From Candidatus Saccharimonadota bacterium (GTDB lineage: Bacteria > Patescibacteriota > Saccharimonadia > Saccharimonadales > SLHW01): a stretch of DNA of 64,000 bases. A program made the position numbers and the translations under genes. This document shows, piece by piece, positions 33,620 through 43,528 of the stretch. Under the pieces are notes generated by a model that was not told the origin of the DNA, ran no database searches, and saw only the letters and a program-made list of their open reading frames with translations. The stretch spans positions 307,071 to 371,070 of the forward strand of contig JBJHDA010000001.1 in the NCBI GenBank assembly GCA_050486305.1, given 5' to 3'. Each line of letters opens with the position of its first letter. Position 1 is the stretch's first letter.

Positions 33620-34486
33620 CTAGTAAATGTACACAAAGCTACTTGCTGGGACAGTTCTTGTACTCGTTACGTATAGTCCGTTCCAGTTCATTTCACTTAC
33701 TGTCACCGTCCCGTCATTATTCACTGACTCAACGTATGCCACATGCCCGTATGCTCCTTGGGTTGTGGCGGCAACAGCTCCAGCTCGTGGAGCAGCCCCG
33801 GTCGCTAATCCCTGGGCTGATGCTCGTGCATACCAAGTATTTGCATTTCCTAGATTGTTTGGGAGGTCAGGCCGGCGGTTTTTAACGTACCACGTACAGT
33901 ATCCAGGTGTGTACGTGTTTCCGCTGCTTGAGCCTCGCTGAACTTGCTGCCGTGCAGCAGATGCATTTTGCGTCGACTGTCTGGCATCATTAGAATTGCC
34001 ACCTCTTGCTGATGCTGCAGGTTCCCGTGAATCAGACGCGGGCTCCGGCTCAGGTTGCGGAAGTGGACGGTCATCAAGCTCTTCGTCTTCATCCGGAATG
34101 ACTAATTCTTGTTTAACTGACAATTTATCCGGATGATCTAGGTCAGTATTCTTTTGCCAGATCCTAATCCACACTGTGTCATATTCTTCTGCGATTTTAG
34201 TTAGGTTCTCGCCTTTAGTGACAGTATGGATTTTCGGCTCAGGCTCATGGCTTTCATTATCGTCACGCGCCTCATCTCCGCTTTCTGACGAATCGTCCGT
34301 TTCAATCAGCTCTTTTAGGACTGTTGATTTTTCGCTACTAAACAACGATGCTAGTTCCACCTCATTTAGCTCAGCGGTATTTGACCGCTCTCTATTCGCT
34401 TGTGTATCAGCTGAAACAGGCTGATCTGACAAGCTTACTATTGCACTCGTCGCAAAAATGCTGACGATTAGTGCTAAAACACGCAT
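33620..34486 (-). CDS. Secreted LysM + CHAP domain peptidoglycan hydrolase
   Basis: Signal peptide; LysM (HTVTKGENLTKIAEEY...ELVIP); acidic/Pro linker; CHAP (GYCTWYV...GHVAYVESV). Confidence 0.88.
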   Translation of the reverse strand: MRVLALIVSIFATSAIVSLSDQPVSADTQANRERSNTAELNEVELASLFSSEKSTVLKELIETDDSSESGDEARDDNESHEPEPKIHTVTKGENLTKIAEEYDTVWIRIWQKNTDLDHPDKLSVKQELVIPDEDEELDDRPLPQPEPEPASDSREPAASARGGNSNDARQSTQNASAARQQVQRGSSSGNTYTPGYCTWYVKNRRPDLPNNLGNANTWYARASAQGLATGAAPRAGAVAATTQGAYGHVAYVESVNNDGTVTVSEMNWNGLYVTSTRTVPASSFVYIY

Positions 34487-34729
34487 GATATATAAATCAC
34501 CTCCTTATACCCCGTATGCGTTTTAAAATGTAGGCCAGATTTTTAGCACAATAAACACCACCCCCATCTCTAATGAGTTACTGCGGTGTAAATTGTATTT
34601 ATTATCTACGCATATTATCTCGCGATAGCTTTTCTGGCGTACGCGGGTTGATTAGTGCAGACATTTTCCACCTCACATGAAAAATGGCACAAAAACAATC
34701 GTACAGGGCAATAATAATAAGTCAACTAG

Positions 34730-34738
34730 TTATCCACA
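34730..34738 (+). promoter_or_regulatory. Perfect DnaA-box 9-mer (TTATCCACA)
   Basis: Exact consensus in the divergent CHAP/PspC spacer. Only 2-mismatch relatives lie nearby. Confidence 0.25.
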
Positions 34739-34905
34739 GGCCTATAGTGTCGTATCTGTTAACTATTTCACTAAATATGGTGTATTGTCGACTACAATTC
34801 ACTATTGCGTTATGCCGGGATTATTGTGATGAATTATTTTTGTATGTCTCTGGAGCGCACTCTACCTCTAGTGGTATACTACACATAAAACCGTGGAGGT
34901 ATAAA

Positions 34906-35361
34906 TTGTCCCAACCAAAAAAACTTCAACGATTACCAAACAAAGGTATGATAGCAGGAGTTATTGCAGGGCTGGCAGATTACTTTGAGGTTGATACGAC
35001 CCTTTCTCGAATTCTTTTTGTTGTTTTTACTGTACTAACCGGCATTTTTCCGGGAATTGTTACGTACTTACTGATGGCAGTTATAATGCCTATTCCGGGA
35101 GAGGGCCCTGTTCGCACTCAAAAAAAGGTCGATAACGTCGCAAATAGTGTTAGATCCGTTGCAGATGAGATTCGAAACGATATTGACCTAATGGACAGTT
35201 CGGTAAAAATTCGAACGATTATTGGTTGGTTGCTTATATTTTTTGGCGCTTGGTATTTAGCCGCACAGCTTTTTCCTAATATAATACTGCCGACCTGGGG
35301 AGTAGTATGGCCGATTATCTTAATAATCTTTGGGATATATGTCGTATCGAGATCGCGTTAA
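34906..35361 (+). CDS. PspC-domain membrane protein
   Basis: TTG start with GGAGG 6 nt upstream. PspC motif GMIAGVIAGLADYFEVDTTLSRILFVV. The long upstream extension in the ORF track is probably non-coding. Confidence 0.8.
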   Translation: MSQPKKLQRLPNKGMIAGVIAGLADYFEVDTTLSRILFVVFTVLTGIFPGIVTYLLMAVIMPIPGEGPVRTQKKVDNVANSVRSVADEIRNDIDLMDSSVKIRTIIGWLLIFFGAWYLAAQLFPNIILPTWGVVWPIILIIFGIYVVSRSR

Positions 35362-35501
35362 TTACCGCGAAAAAATAGCCCGTAAGGCGGAATAAGTTAG
35401 CCTACATCAAAGTAAATACATTGAACTACTCGAAAGCTTGAGAAAATTATAATCTTGCCTATTTAAGCATATCCAGCCGTATGTCGATTTGCTGCCTAAT
35501 T

Positions 35502-35529
35502 AAAGAAAAGAGGAGCCGTGAAGCTCCTC
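35502..35529 (-). terminator. Intrinsic terminator (GAGGAGC/GCTCCTC followed by TTTTCTTT on the minus strand)
   Basis: 7-bp stem with a 6-nt loop, about 150 nt downstream of the 146-aa ORF. Confidence 0.5.
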
Positions 35530-35680
35530 AATCCCGTACAGCAAACTGTTTCCAGTCTACTGTTCTAGCCACCTCACAGTGGCTACTTTCATAGTAGTGG
35601 CTTTTGCTCTACTGTGTCAATGATATTCTGAGGTGATTTATGCACACATGGACCGTTATTGAGTCGCGATCGAGGAATAT

Positions 35681-36121
35681 TTAACTAGTATGACCAATGA
35701 ACATATAGTAGGCAAAAGCAGCGAGCAACAATATAACAATCAGAATTATAGGTAGGATTATCTTCAAGTTGCTCTGATTCTCCATATCAATTTGGGCTTG
35801 TGACGCTGTAGTGAATGATTGAGGCTTATTTTTCTTATTATTCTCTTGTGAATATTCAGGGGCAATTACCTGTACCTGACCTTGACCCCCCTCATCATCC
35901 CCGAGGCCAGAGAGGCCCACTACGGTCGTTTGTCTTGGTAGGTAATTTTGACTTGAATCCGTCTCTTCATCCACATCACCCTCTACGTCTTGCATAGGCG
36001 CTGAGCCGCCAATTTTTACTGCTGTTGACGGAACGGCACTGGTATTCATCTCCTCACTAATCGGACTGCTTGAGCTTGAAGAAGTCTGCTGTTCGGTCTG
36101 ATTCTCGTTCTCTGGTTTCAT
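35681..36121 (-). CDS. Hypothetical tail-anchored protein (acidic/Ser-rich with a C-terminal TM helix)
   Basis: 146 aa of low-complexity sequence followed by ILPIILIVILLLAAFAYYMFI. Confidence 0.5.
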   Translation of the reverse strand: MKPENENQTEQQTSSSSSSPISEEMNTSAVPSTAVKIGGSAPMQDVEGDVDEETDSSQNYLPRQTTVVGLSGLGDDEGGQGQVQVIAPEYSQENNKKNKPQSFTTASQAQIDMENQSNLKIILPIILIVILLLAAFAYYMFIGHTS

Positions 36122-36193
36122 GTCAGTCTACTTTCAATTTATCAGCGTATTACTTATGTTTAATTATAGCAACTCAGCATATACTGGTACATA

Positions 36194-36781
36194 ATGTCGT
36201 ATATACAAAATATCAGCAACACAAAATCCTCGATCCGCAAGCGTGTGCGCGAAAAGCTTAGCACGTTATCGGAATCCGACTATGCTGCCCATGCGCATAA
36301 GCTATCGATGCATTTAACAGCAACTTCATGGTTTATGCAGGCTAAGCATATAGCGGTATATTTCCCTAAGGATAAAGAAATTGACACACGGCCATTTATT
36401 AAGGCTAGCTGGAATATGAACAAAATACTCTACCTCCCTGTAGTTTCAGCTGATAAAAATAAGCCGATGCCTATCATAAGATATACTCCAGGCACGAAGT
36501 TAGTTGAAGGAGCCTATCAGTTGCTGATACCGCAACACGACGACCGGAGTACGTGCAGCGTAGCTATGCTTGATCTCGTCATTGTACCGTTGGTTGCATT
36601 TGACTCACGATATCATCGGCTAGGAAGAGGGGGTGGGCACTACGACCGGCTGCTATCTGCTTGTAGAGCTACAACAAGGATTATCGGTGTCGCACATAGT
36701 ATGCAAGAGATCGACACCATACCAATAAGCCCTTATGACATTTCGATGAACTCCATAATAACCGAAAAAGGGGTACTGTAA
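36194..36781 (+). CDS. 5-formyltetrahydrofolate cyclo-ligase
   Basis: Family layout and the RLGRGGGHYDRLL motif. Confidence 0.85.
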   Translation: MSYIQNISNTKSSIRKRVREKLSTLSESDYAAHAHKLSMHLTATSWFMQAKHIAVYFPKDKEIDTRPFIKASWNMNKILYLPVVSADKNKPMPIIRYTPGTKLVEGAYQLLIPQHDDRSTCSVAMLDLVIVPLVAFDSRYHRLGRGGGHYDRLLSACRATTRIIGVAHSMQEIDTIPISPYDISMNSIITEKGVL

Positions 36782-36862
36782 TGATGCGATCAAAAGGCTT
36801 TGGCTACATAACCCATAAAGGGCCGAAGCTTCAAACGTGGTTTTTATAAAATAGCGTAGTAT

Positions 36863-37465
36863 ATGAACATGGTGCTTACATCACGACTCGAAAAAGCTAT
36901 ACGATGTTCAGCATGGGCGCATCGTAATCAGAAGCGTAAAGGCACCGGGCTACCCTATATTATTCACCCATTCGGTGTCATGGCGATAGCCAGTGAGGTC
37001 ACTCAAGACGAAGACACGTTAATTGCCTGCCTGCTACACGATGTTCTTGAGGATGTCCCTAAAGAATACCCGGAAGAAGCTATAAGAACTGACTTTGGGA
37101 ATAATGTTGCCTCAATTGTAAAGGGCGTAACAAAAGATACTGCTATTTCAGACTGGCATGAGAGGAGTCGCGCATATCTCCAAACACTAGCGAAAGAAGC
37201 TCCGGACGAATCGATTATCGTCGCCTGCTCAGATAAAATTCATAACTTAATGGCAATACTTGACGACCACAGCTCCCAAGGAGATGAAGTTTGGACGATA
37301 TTTAAGACCGGAAAAGACTCCCAGGTTTGGTGGTATACGTCAGTACGAGATGTTGTACGTAGCCGTTTACCTAGTTTGCCTATTCTTCCAAGGTACGAAC
37401 AATTGATTAAGCAACTGGAGACTATCACGAAAAAAACTCCAAGGAGTCAAAAAGTACTTGATTAA
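36863..37465 (+). CDS. HD-domain (p)ppGpp-hydrolase-like protein (SpoT/Mesh1-type small alarmone hydrolase)
   Basis: AHRNQKRKGTGLPYIIHP...LLHDVLED motifs. There is no synthetase domain. Confidence 0.75.
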   Translation: MNMVLTSRLEKAIRCSAWAHRNQKRKGTGLPYIIHPFGVMAIASEVTQDEDTLIACLLHDVLEDVPKEYPEEAIRTDFGNNVASIVKGVTKDTAISDWHERSRAYLQTLAKEAPDESIIVACSDKIHNLMAILDDHSSQGDEVWTIFKTGKDSQVWWYTSVRDVVRSRLPSLPILPRYEQLIKQLETITKKTPRSQKVLD

Positions 37466-37552
37466 TGTCTCGACCACCTACCCAAATACAAGCAGCAAAC
37501 AATAAAGTCGTGAAATTGTGAAAGCAAACTAATCGAACGTATAATAGCTTCT

Positions 37553-38737
37553 ATGGAGACGACTCCCCTTGCAGAAAAAATGAGACCCAAGACTGCCAAC
37601 GACGTTATTGGGCAGGAGCACCTTTTATCAAAAGGTAAAGCGCTTCGAGAATTATTAGATAAAAAAGAGTTGGTGAGCTTACTCCTATGGGGACCACCAG
37701 GAAGCGGCAAAACTACGCTTGCTCGCGTAATTTCCAACGAAACAGGAGCTGATTTTATTGAATTAAGTGCAGTTTCTTCAGGAAAAGCCGATGTCATGAA
37801 AGTGATAGAACACGCAAAGACCAATCGCCGCCTTGGTCAAGCAACCGTATTATTTATAGATGAAATTCATAGGTTTAACAAAGCGCAACAAGATGCATTC
37901 CTGCCCCATGTCGAAGACGGTACGATTATCCTTATAGGAGCAACGACAGAGAACCCAAGTTTTGAAGTAATTACCCCGCTTCTCAGCAGGTGTCGAACGC
38001 TCGTACTTGAGCCATTAACCGAAGCTCATATCAAGTTAATTTTACGCCGAGCACTCCGGACGCTAAAACAATCAAAGCGGCTTACGCCAAAGGCTGTTGA
38101 ATTAATCGCAAAGACAGCAAGCGGGGATGCACGTATCGCTCTGAGTAATCTAGAGCTTACCTTAAAGCTCACAGAAGCATCTAGAAAAATCACGCCAGAC
38201 CTAGTTACTGAACTGTTAAGTAAGCGGCTGCCTTCTTACGACAAAAAGGGCGACACTCACTACAATATTATCAGTGCGTTTATTAAGTCGATGCGCGGCA
38301 GTGACACGAACGCGACGTTTTATTACTTATCCCGAATGCTTCAAGCGGGTGAAGATCCAAAATTTATAGCTAGACGTATGATTGTTTTTGCCAGCGAAGA
38401 TGTTGGCATCGAAGCCTCGCAAGCGTTAACGATTGCTGTTTCTACTTTTCAAGCTGTTGAAAGAATAGGCATGCCAGAATGCCAATACAACTTATTCCAC
38501 TGTGCTCTTGTCCTTGCAAAATGCAAAAAATCACGCGTTGTCACTGACGCTATGCAAAAAGCGCTAAAACTTTCCGAAAAATACGACAACTTAGCTGTTC
38601 CGCTTCATATCAGAAATGCCCCTACCTCGCTCATGAAAGAATTAAACTACGGTAAAGGCTATAAATGGCAGTCTGGCTATCGCCCTAAGCAAGGCTTCCT
38701 CCCTGAGGAAATCGCCAGCACCGACTTCTTTCATTAG
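37553..38737 (+). CDS. rarA: Replication-associated recombination protein A (AAA+ ATPase)
   Basis: [28 protein letters not shown] and the C-terminal MgsA region ([16 protein letters not shown]). Confidence 0.93.
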   Translation: METTPLAEKMRPKTANDVIGQEHLLSKGKALRELLDKKELVSLLLWGPPGSGKTTLARVISNETGADFIELSAVSSGKADVMKVIEHAKTNRRLGQATVLFIDEIHRFNKAQQDAFLPHVEDGTIILIGATTENPSFEVITPLLSRCRTLVLEPLTEAHIKLILRRALRTLKQSKRLTPKAVELIAKTASGDARIALSNLELTLKLTEASRKITPDLVTELLSKRLPSYDKKGDTHYNIISAFIKSMRGSDTNATFYYLSRMLQAGEDPKFIARRMIVFASEDVGIEASQALTIAVSTFQAVERIGMPECQYNLFHCALVLAKCKKSRVVTDAMQKALKLSEKYDNLAVPLHIRNAPTSLMKELNYGKGYKWQSGYRPKQGFLPEEIASTDFFH

Positions 38738-38838
38738 AGAATAGACAATTAAGATTTAGTGAATCAGGCATGGTGTATTTTTTACGCAAAAACATCGTAG
38801 TATTTACGTAAAAAATAGAATAAAATCGGCTAGTCATC

Positions 38839-39765
38839 ATGAACAACACACAAATTTCTGACATATTTCGGGAGTTCGAATATTTTCTCGTTCAACCGAA
38901 CGCGTATCGTTCAATCTTGACCTTGATATTGGCCATCGTTATTTCATACTGGTTAAGCCGGTTTTTAGCAAAAGGCATCATTCGCGTAGCACAATACATT
39001 GGGACCCGCTCTGATAACAGCACGGATGAATTATCAAAATTTAAGTTACGTCGGATTGAAACGTACTTAAGTATAACGATTGCGATCGTTAGAGCGTTAA
39101 CAGTAGCGGTTGTTGCATTTTTTGCCTGGCAATACCTAAGCCCAGCCGCATCGAGCTCTACAGCTGCCATCGGTGCAGGGGCACTTTTTATTGTGTTTGC
39201 AGGTGGAACTATCGGTGTTATGCTGCGCGACCTTACAGCAGGAACATCTATGATCGCTGAGCAATGGTTTAACGTAGGCGACTACATACGTGTTGAGCCC
39301 TTTATTGATGTTGGTGGCGTTGTCGAACGGGCAACACTACGTTCCACAAAGCTAAGAAGCTTAACCGGTGAAGTTATATGGCTCCACAATCAACACATCC
39401 ACGGAGTGAAGGTAACGCCAAGTGGCATACGCACGATCGCTGTTGATATCTTCGTCAATGATAAAGAAAAAGGTGAAGCGATTGTACAGAAAGTAATCGA
39501 CGCTATCCCTGTTGGCACCTTGCTGATTACAAAGAAGCCCAGAATTGAATCAGTTCAACAATGGGGTGAGGAATTGTGGCGTATAATCGTTTTCGGATAC
39601 ACAGCACCTGGGAGAGAGTGGTTAATGGAGCAAGTTTTCGTTAACTCTATTAAAACTGCAGACAGTAAGCAGAAATCAAAAAGAATTGTAATGTATGACC
39701 CCATCGTTCGACTTGCTGACCCTGAAGCTGAAAAGAATTTCAAACGTGCTATACGCATGAATTAA
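38839..39765 (+). CDS. MscS-family mechanosensitive channel
   Basis: Three N-terminal TM helices followed by a beta domain (GDYIRV...GGVVERATLRSTKLRSLTGEVIWLHN). Confidence 0.8.
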   Translation: MNNTQISDIFREFEYFLVQPNAYRSILTLILAIVISYWLSRFLAKGIIRVAQYIGTRSDNSTDELSKFKLRRIETYLSITIAIVRALTVAVVAFFAWQYLSPAASSSTAAIGAGALFIVFAGGTIGVMLRDLTAGTSMIAEQWFNVGDYIRVEPFIDVGGVVERATLRSTKLRSLTGEVIWLHNQHIHGVKVTPSGIRTIAVDIFVNDKEKGEAIVQKVIDAIPVGTLLITKKPRIESVQQWGEELWRIIVFGYTAPGREWLMEQVFVNSIKTADSKQKSKRIVMYDPIVRLADPEAEKNFKRAIRMN

Positions 39766-39846
39766 ATTTCATTTAAAAACAGATTTTGTTCAGAAATTCT
39801 ATACGTACCTACCTTCGTAATTCAATGAGATGATTTAAATAAGCAC

Positions 39847-39874
39847 TTGCATTTTAAATATATTCATGTATAAC
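39847..39874 (+). promoter_or_regulatory. Promoter-like TTGCAT-16-TATAAC in an AT-rich spacer
   Basis: Hexamers read from the sequence. No annotated gene lies downstream on this strand. Confidence 0.3.
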
Positions 39875-40092
39875 GATTATTAAGGCACCTTAAAATGTTG
39901 GCAGAACGTATAACCGAAGCCCGAGGAACCGATAAGAGCTCGTTGGAACCAAGGGATAGGGAGTATGAAGCTCATCAATAACCATAAAAAGCGCTTTAAA
40001 TAAAAATTATCTCGCAAGATGGTAAACCAAACGGAGCGTTACGGCGTAAACCGAAGAGGATTACCGTCAAAAAAGGTCGTTGATAAGCCTAC

Positions 40093-40120
40093 AGACAAAG
40101 CAAAAAACTTTGTCTATTTC
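40093..40120 (+). terminator. Hairpin AGACAAAG/CTTTGTCT followed by ATTTC
   Basis: 8-bp stem with a 7-nt loop. The U tract is weak. Confidence 0.35.
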
Positions 40121-40143
40121 TGCCAACATTTAACGGTGTCTAT

Positions 40144-40884
40144 TTATTTCGTCAGATATACGTCCACAAGCCTGTTTCCGTAGCTGATGTCGTATGGGTC
40201 ATCACCAATATTTCGCTCAGTTGGCGAAAGATGAGTCGAAAGAAGGCTAGACTTAACGTAGCTATGGTCTCTTATACCAATGGAGGGGTTTACTGCTCCT
40301 AAAACCGTTGCGCCAAATATAGCAAGTTGCTGCTTATGAACCCGGTTCCCTCTCTCGTTTCTTTCAACTATTCGTGTCTTCGTGCTCATGAGTCGTTTAT
40401 TCATTTTTTTTAGATCTATACCATGCACTTCATCAACAAGGTGAGTCGCTGCTTGCAGGTGTGACGCTTCATCCATTCCTGGCTCTAGATAATATTCTAT
40501 GTTCACCATAGGCGGACTTTCGCCAGCAATAGAATCACGTACTGCCTGCGCAAAAGCAATCGAACCGATGCCGACCATACGATCCGCTGATAAATACCGA
40601 TATAATCTCGCATGCTCACTTAAAAAAAGGTGCTCGAGGGACTCCGTTTCTCGACGTGTCTTTTCAGGTTCAGACAAGCTATTTAGATCAAGTCCTTGCC
40701 TCGTTACAATCCTGTGCACTCCGGCACCTACGATCCGCTGGTAACGATGTATTGCCTCCTTACCGGCCGATATCTCAATATCAGGATGCTCTGCTTGTGC
40801 CTGAATAAATGTTGCTATTTCCCAGAGATCAGTTTGATTAGCCCGCTCTGCAGTAATATATTGCGTATCCGCCGCTAGACTCAT
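40144..40884 (-). CDS. Hypothetical protein (246 aa)
   Basis: Long ORF with no family recognised. Confidence 0.55.
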   Translation of the reverse strand: MSLAADTQYITAERANQTDLWEIATFIQAQAEHPDIEISAGKEAIHRYQRIVGAGVHRIVTRQGLDLNSLSEPEKTRRETESLEHLFLSEHARLYRYLSADRMVGIGSIAFAQAVRDSIAGESPPMVNIEYYLEPGMDEASHLQAATHLVDEVHGIDLKKMNKRLMSTKTRIVERNERGNRVHKQQLAIFGATVLGAVNPSIGIRDHSYVKSSLLSTHLSPTERNIGDDPYDISYGNRLVDVYLTK

Positions 40885-40908
40885 AATTTGAGTGTAGCAG
40901 ATTAAGTC

Positions 40909-40988
40909 CTGGTTGTATGCATTTATTTACTGTGCGTGTTAAATCTTCGTTTAACTTCGTAGACGTAAATCAAAAGGCATACAACCAG
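40909..40988. repeat. Perfect 12-bp inverted repeat CTGGTTGTATGC/GCATACAACCAG with a 56-nt spacer
   Basis: Read directly from the sequence. It lies in the divergent spacer between the 246-aa ORF and the glucan operon. Confidence 0.6.
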
Positions 40989-41114
40989 TCACCGTTCAGT
41001 GTTAAAGCTGCCATAAAAAATTGTCGGTGATCTCCAGATGAAAACGGTTGTGCTTGGTTGGCAAAAAGACTATACTGATAGCCATAATATAAACAGAATT
41101 ATGTATCGAGGGTC

Positions 41115-42320
41115 ATGAAAATATTAATGCTCGGGTGGGAGCTACCCCCTCATAACAGTGGCGGCCTCGGAGTTGCTTGTTATCAGCTCTGTAAAACACT
41201 GGCAAAAAATAACGTGGATATTGACTTCATTGTCCCGTATCGAGCTGATTACCGTATTAATTTTATGAAAGTTAAATCAGCTCACCAAACACATATTGAC
41301 GATATATCTGTGCTCGCTACAGCGTATGACAGCTACAAATACCGAGTACGAGACGGATCCGTCGCGTATATTGATATCCATGATCAACAAAAAATGTATG
41401 AAGAAGGAGTGGGCCGGCTTGTAAAACGTTCTTCATTTGATGTAATACACGCTCACGACTGGCTTACCTTCCGAGCCGGTATCCGAGCAAAACAAGAGTC
41501 CGGCAAACCGCTGATACTGCATGTTCACTCAATAGAACGTGACCGTGCAGGCGGAAACAGCGGAAATCCGTTAGTGCGGGAAATCGAACATCTTTCGATG
41601 CTCTTGGCCGACAAAGTTATAGCTGTGAGTAACCATACAAAGCAAGCAATTGTCCGCGACTATCACATTCCTCCAGAAAAAATTGATGTCGTGCACAACA
41701 GCATGGACCTCGAAGATATGGTACCGCTCAGCGGTGACACTTCTTATGCCTACGTTGACGAGATGAAAAAGCACGGCTACCGAGTAGTGGTTAACATCGG
41801 TAGAATAACAGTGCAAAAGGGCTTGACCAACCTGCTTTATGCAGCGAAAGAGGTTATTCACCAAAATCCTAAAACCCTGTTTCTGCTTGTTGGAAGCGGC
41901 GACCAGGAACGTGAATTAATTGAGTTAGCCGCTCAGCTTGGCATTAGTCGTAACGTCGTATTTACTGGGTTTCAACGCGGAAAAAAGTGGCGCGACTCAT
42001 ACGCTATTGGTGATATTTTCGTCATGCCTTCTGTTTCTGAGCCGTTTGGCTTAACTCCGCTTGAAGCAGCCGGTTACGGCACTCCGTCGCTTATTAGCAA
42101 ACAATCTGGCGTTGCCGAAATTATGAAAAACTGTTTAAAGATAGATTTTTGGGACGTCGACGAGATGGCGAATCAAATCACGGCTGTAGTTACGAACGAC
42201 TCTTTACGGGATGAACTCCACGCGAACATACATAAAGAGTACGTGCGACTTAGCTGGACTGACGCAGCCAACAAACTAATTGCTACCTACTCATCACACA
42301 TTGAAAGAGCTCACGCATGA
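41115..42320 (+). CDS. GT-B glycosyltransferase, glycogen/alpha-glucan synthase-like
   Basis: MKILMLGWELPP...SGGLGVA N-terminus, C-terminal PSVSEPFGLTPLEAAGYGTP, and operon context with GH57 and GH15. Confidence 0.75.
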   Translation: MKILMLGWELPPHNSGGLGVACYQLCKTLAKNNVDIDFIVPYRADYRINFMKVKSAHQTHIDDISVLATAYDSYKYRVRDGSVAYIDIHDQQKMYEEGVGRLVKRSSFDVIHAHDWLTFRAGIRAKQESGKPLILHVHSIERDRAGGNSGNPLVREIEHLSMLLADKVIAVSNHTKQAIVRDYHIPPEKIDVVHNSMDLEDMVPLSGDTSYAYVDEMKKHGYRVVVNIGRITVQKGLTNLLYAAKEVIHQNPKTLFLLVGSGDQERELIELAAQLGISRNVVFTGFQRGKKWRDSYAIGDIFVMPSVSEPFGLTPLEAAGYGTPSLISKQSGVAEIMKNCLKIDFWDVDEMANQITAVVTNDSLRDELHANIHKEYVRLSWTDAANKLIATYSSHIERAHA

Positions 42321-43528
42321 AAAAGTCTATCGTTTTATACATGCACGTCCATCAACCATATCGGATTAGACACTACACTATATACGATGCCGGCAACAAG
42401 CACGATTACTTCAACGCACACTACGACGACAGAACAAGTAACGAGCGTATTGTTCATAAGGTAGCAGAAAAGTCCTATCTGCCGACAAATCGTATCTTAA
42501 AACAACTCTTAGACACATATCCGGAGTTCAAGCTAAGCCTTTCAATTACCGGAACCCTCCTTGAACAGTTAGAACGATGGGCTCCTCGTGCACTTAAATC
42601 TTTCCAAGATCTTGTCAGCACTGGCAGAGTCGAGATTGTCGCAGAAACATATCACCATAGTCTCGCATTCTTTTACTCGCAGGCAGAATTTGAAATGCAG
42701 GTTGCGATGCACCGAGAGAAAATCCAACAACTGTTCGGACAAACACCGACCGCCTTTCGTAATACCGAGCTCGCGTACAATAACGATCTTGCTTATTGGG
42801 CGGATAAAGCCGGGTATCAAGCAATACTCGCTGAGGGCTGGGATCCAGTACTCGGTTGGCGTAGCCCAAATTACGTCTACCGACCGACGTACACCGACAA
42901 CATTCGTTTACTAATGAAGAATTACAAGCTTAGCGACGATATAGCCTTTCGCTTCGGAGATCAGGCGTGGGGTGAGTGGCCGTTAACTGCCGACAAATTC
43001 GCCCATTGGCTTAGCGAATCAGGCGATGCCACAAACTTTAATTTGTTCATGGATTATGAGACATTCGGAGAACACCAGTGGGGAGACACCGGCATTTTCA
43101 GCTTTCTCGAACACTTACCGGCCGAATGGCTCAAGAAGGGTGATCACACATTTATGACCATCACTGAAGCTGCTAACAGTTACGATCCGGTCGATGTTGT
43201 TGATGTTGAGCACACTACTACTTGGGCTGATACCGAAAGAGACTTGTCCGCTTGGCTCGGTAACCCCATGCAACACCAAGCTATAACTGCCCTTTATGAT
43301 TTGCAGACGCCAATCATTAAAACAGGCGACCTAGAGCTTATCGAAGACTGGAGAAAACTACAAACGTCAGATCATTTTTATTACATGTGCACAAAGTGGT
43401 TTAATGACGGTGATATACATGCTTACTTTAGTCCGTATGAGTCTCCTTATGAAGCATTTATGAATTTTATGAATTCTTATCACGACTTACAATATCGATT
43501 AGCAAAGAGAGGCTACTTGCCCGAATGA
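42317..43528 (+). CDS. Glycoside hydrolase family 57 (alpha-glucan-active)
   Basis: HVHQPYR, GRVEIV, NTELAY and MDYETFGEH regions. 4-nt overlap with the upstream gene. Confidence 0.8.
   Translation: MKKSIVLYMHVHQPYRIRHYTIYDAGNKHDYFNAHYDDRTSNERIVHKVAEKSYLPTNRILKQLLDTYPEFKLSLSITGTLLEQLERWAPRALKSFQDLVSTGRVEIVAETYHHSLAFFYSQAEFEMQVAMHREKIQQLFGQTPTAFRNTELAYNNDLAYWADKAGYQAILAEGWDPVLGWRSPNYVYRPTYTDNIRLLMKNYKLSDDIAFRFGDQAWGEWPLTADKFAHWLSESGDATNFNLFMDYETFGEHQWGDTGIFSFLEHLPAEWLKKGDHTFMTITEAANSYDPVDVVDVEHTTTWADTERDLSAWLGNPMQHQAITALYDLQTPIIKTGDLELIEDWRKLQTSDHFYYMCTKWFNDGDIHAYFSPYESPYEAFMNFMNSYHDLQYRLAKRGYLPE

Noticed and set aside
34487-34700. c-di-AMP (ydaO-type) riboswitch in the leader of the CHAP hydrolase
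   Set aside because: Only an isolated ACGGGG resembles the motif. The likely promoter (TGcTAAAAT) leaves a ~55-nt leader, too short for that riboswitch, and the pseudo-twofold helices are not evident.
18667-34738. Replication origin suggested by perfect DnaA boxes at 18667-18675 and 34730-34738
   Set aside because: Each is a single perfect 9-mer with at most two 2-mismatch neighbours. There is no box cluster, no obvious DUE with 13-mer repeats, and no dnaA or dnaN nearby. They are more likely promoter-associated sites or chance occurrences.
34684-34905. N-terminal 74-aa extension of the PspC-domain ORF given in the ORF track
   Set aside because: The extension has no ribosome-binding site and a Cys/Ile-rich, non-protein-like sequence. 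A TTG at 34906 with GGAGG 6 nt upstream gives a normal-length PspC protein.
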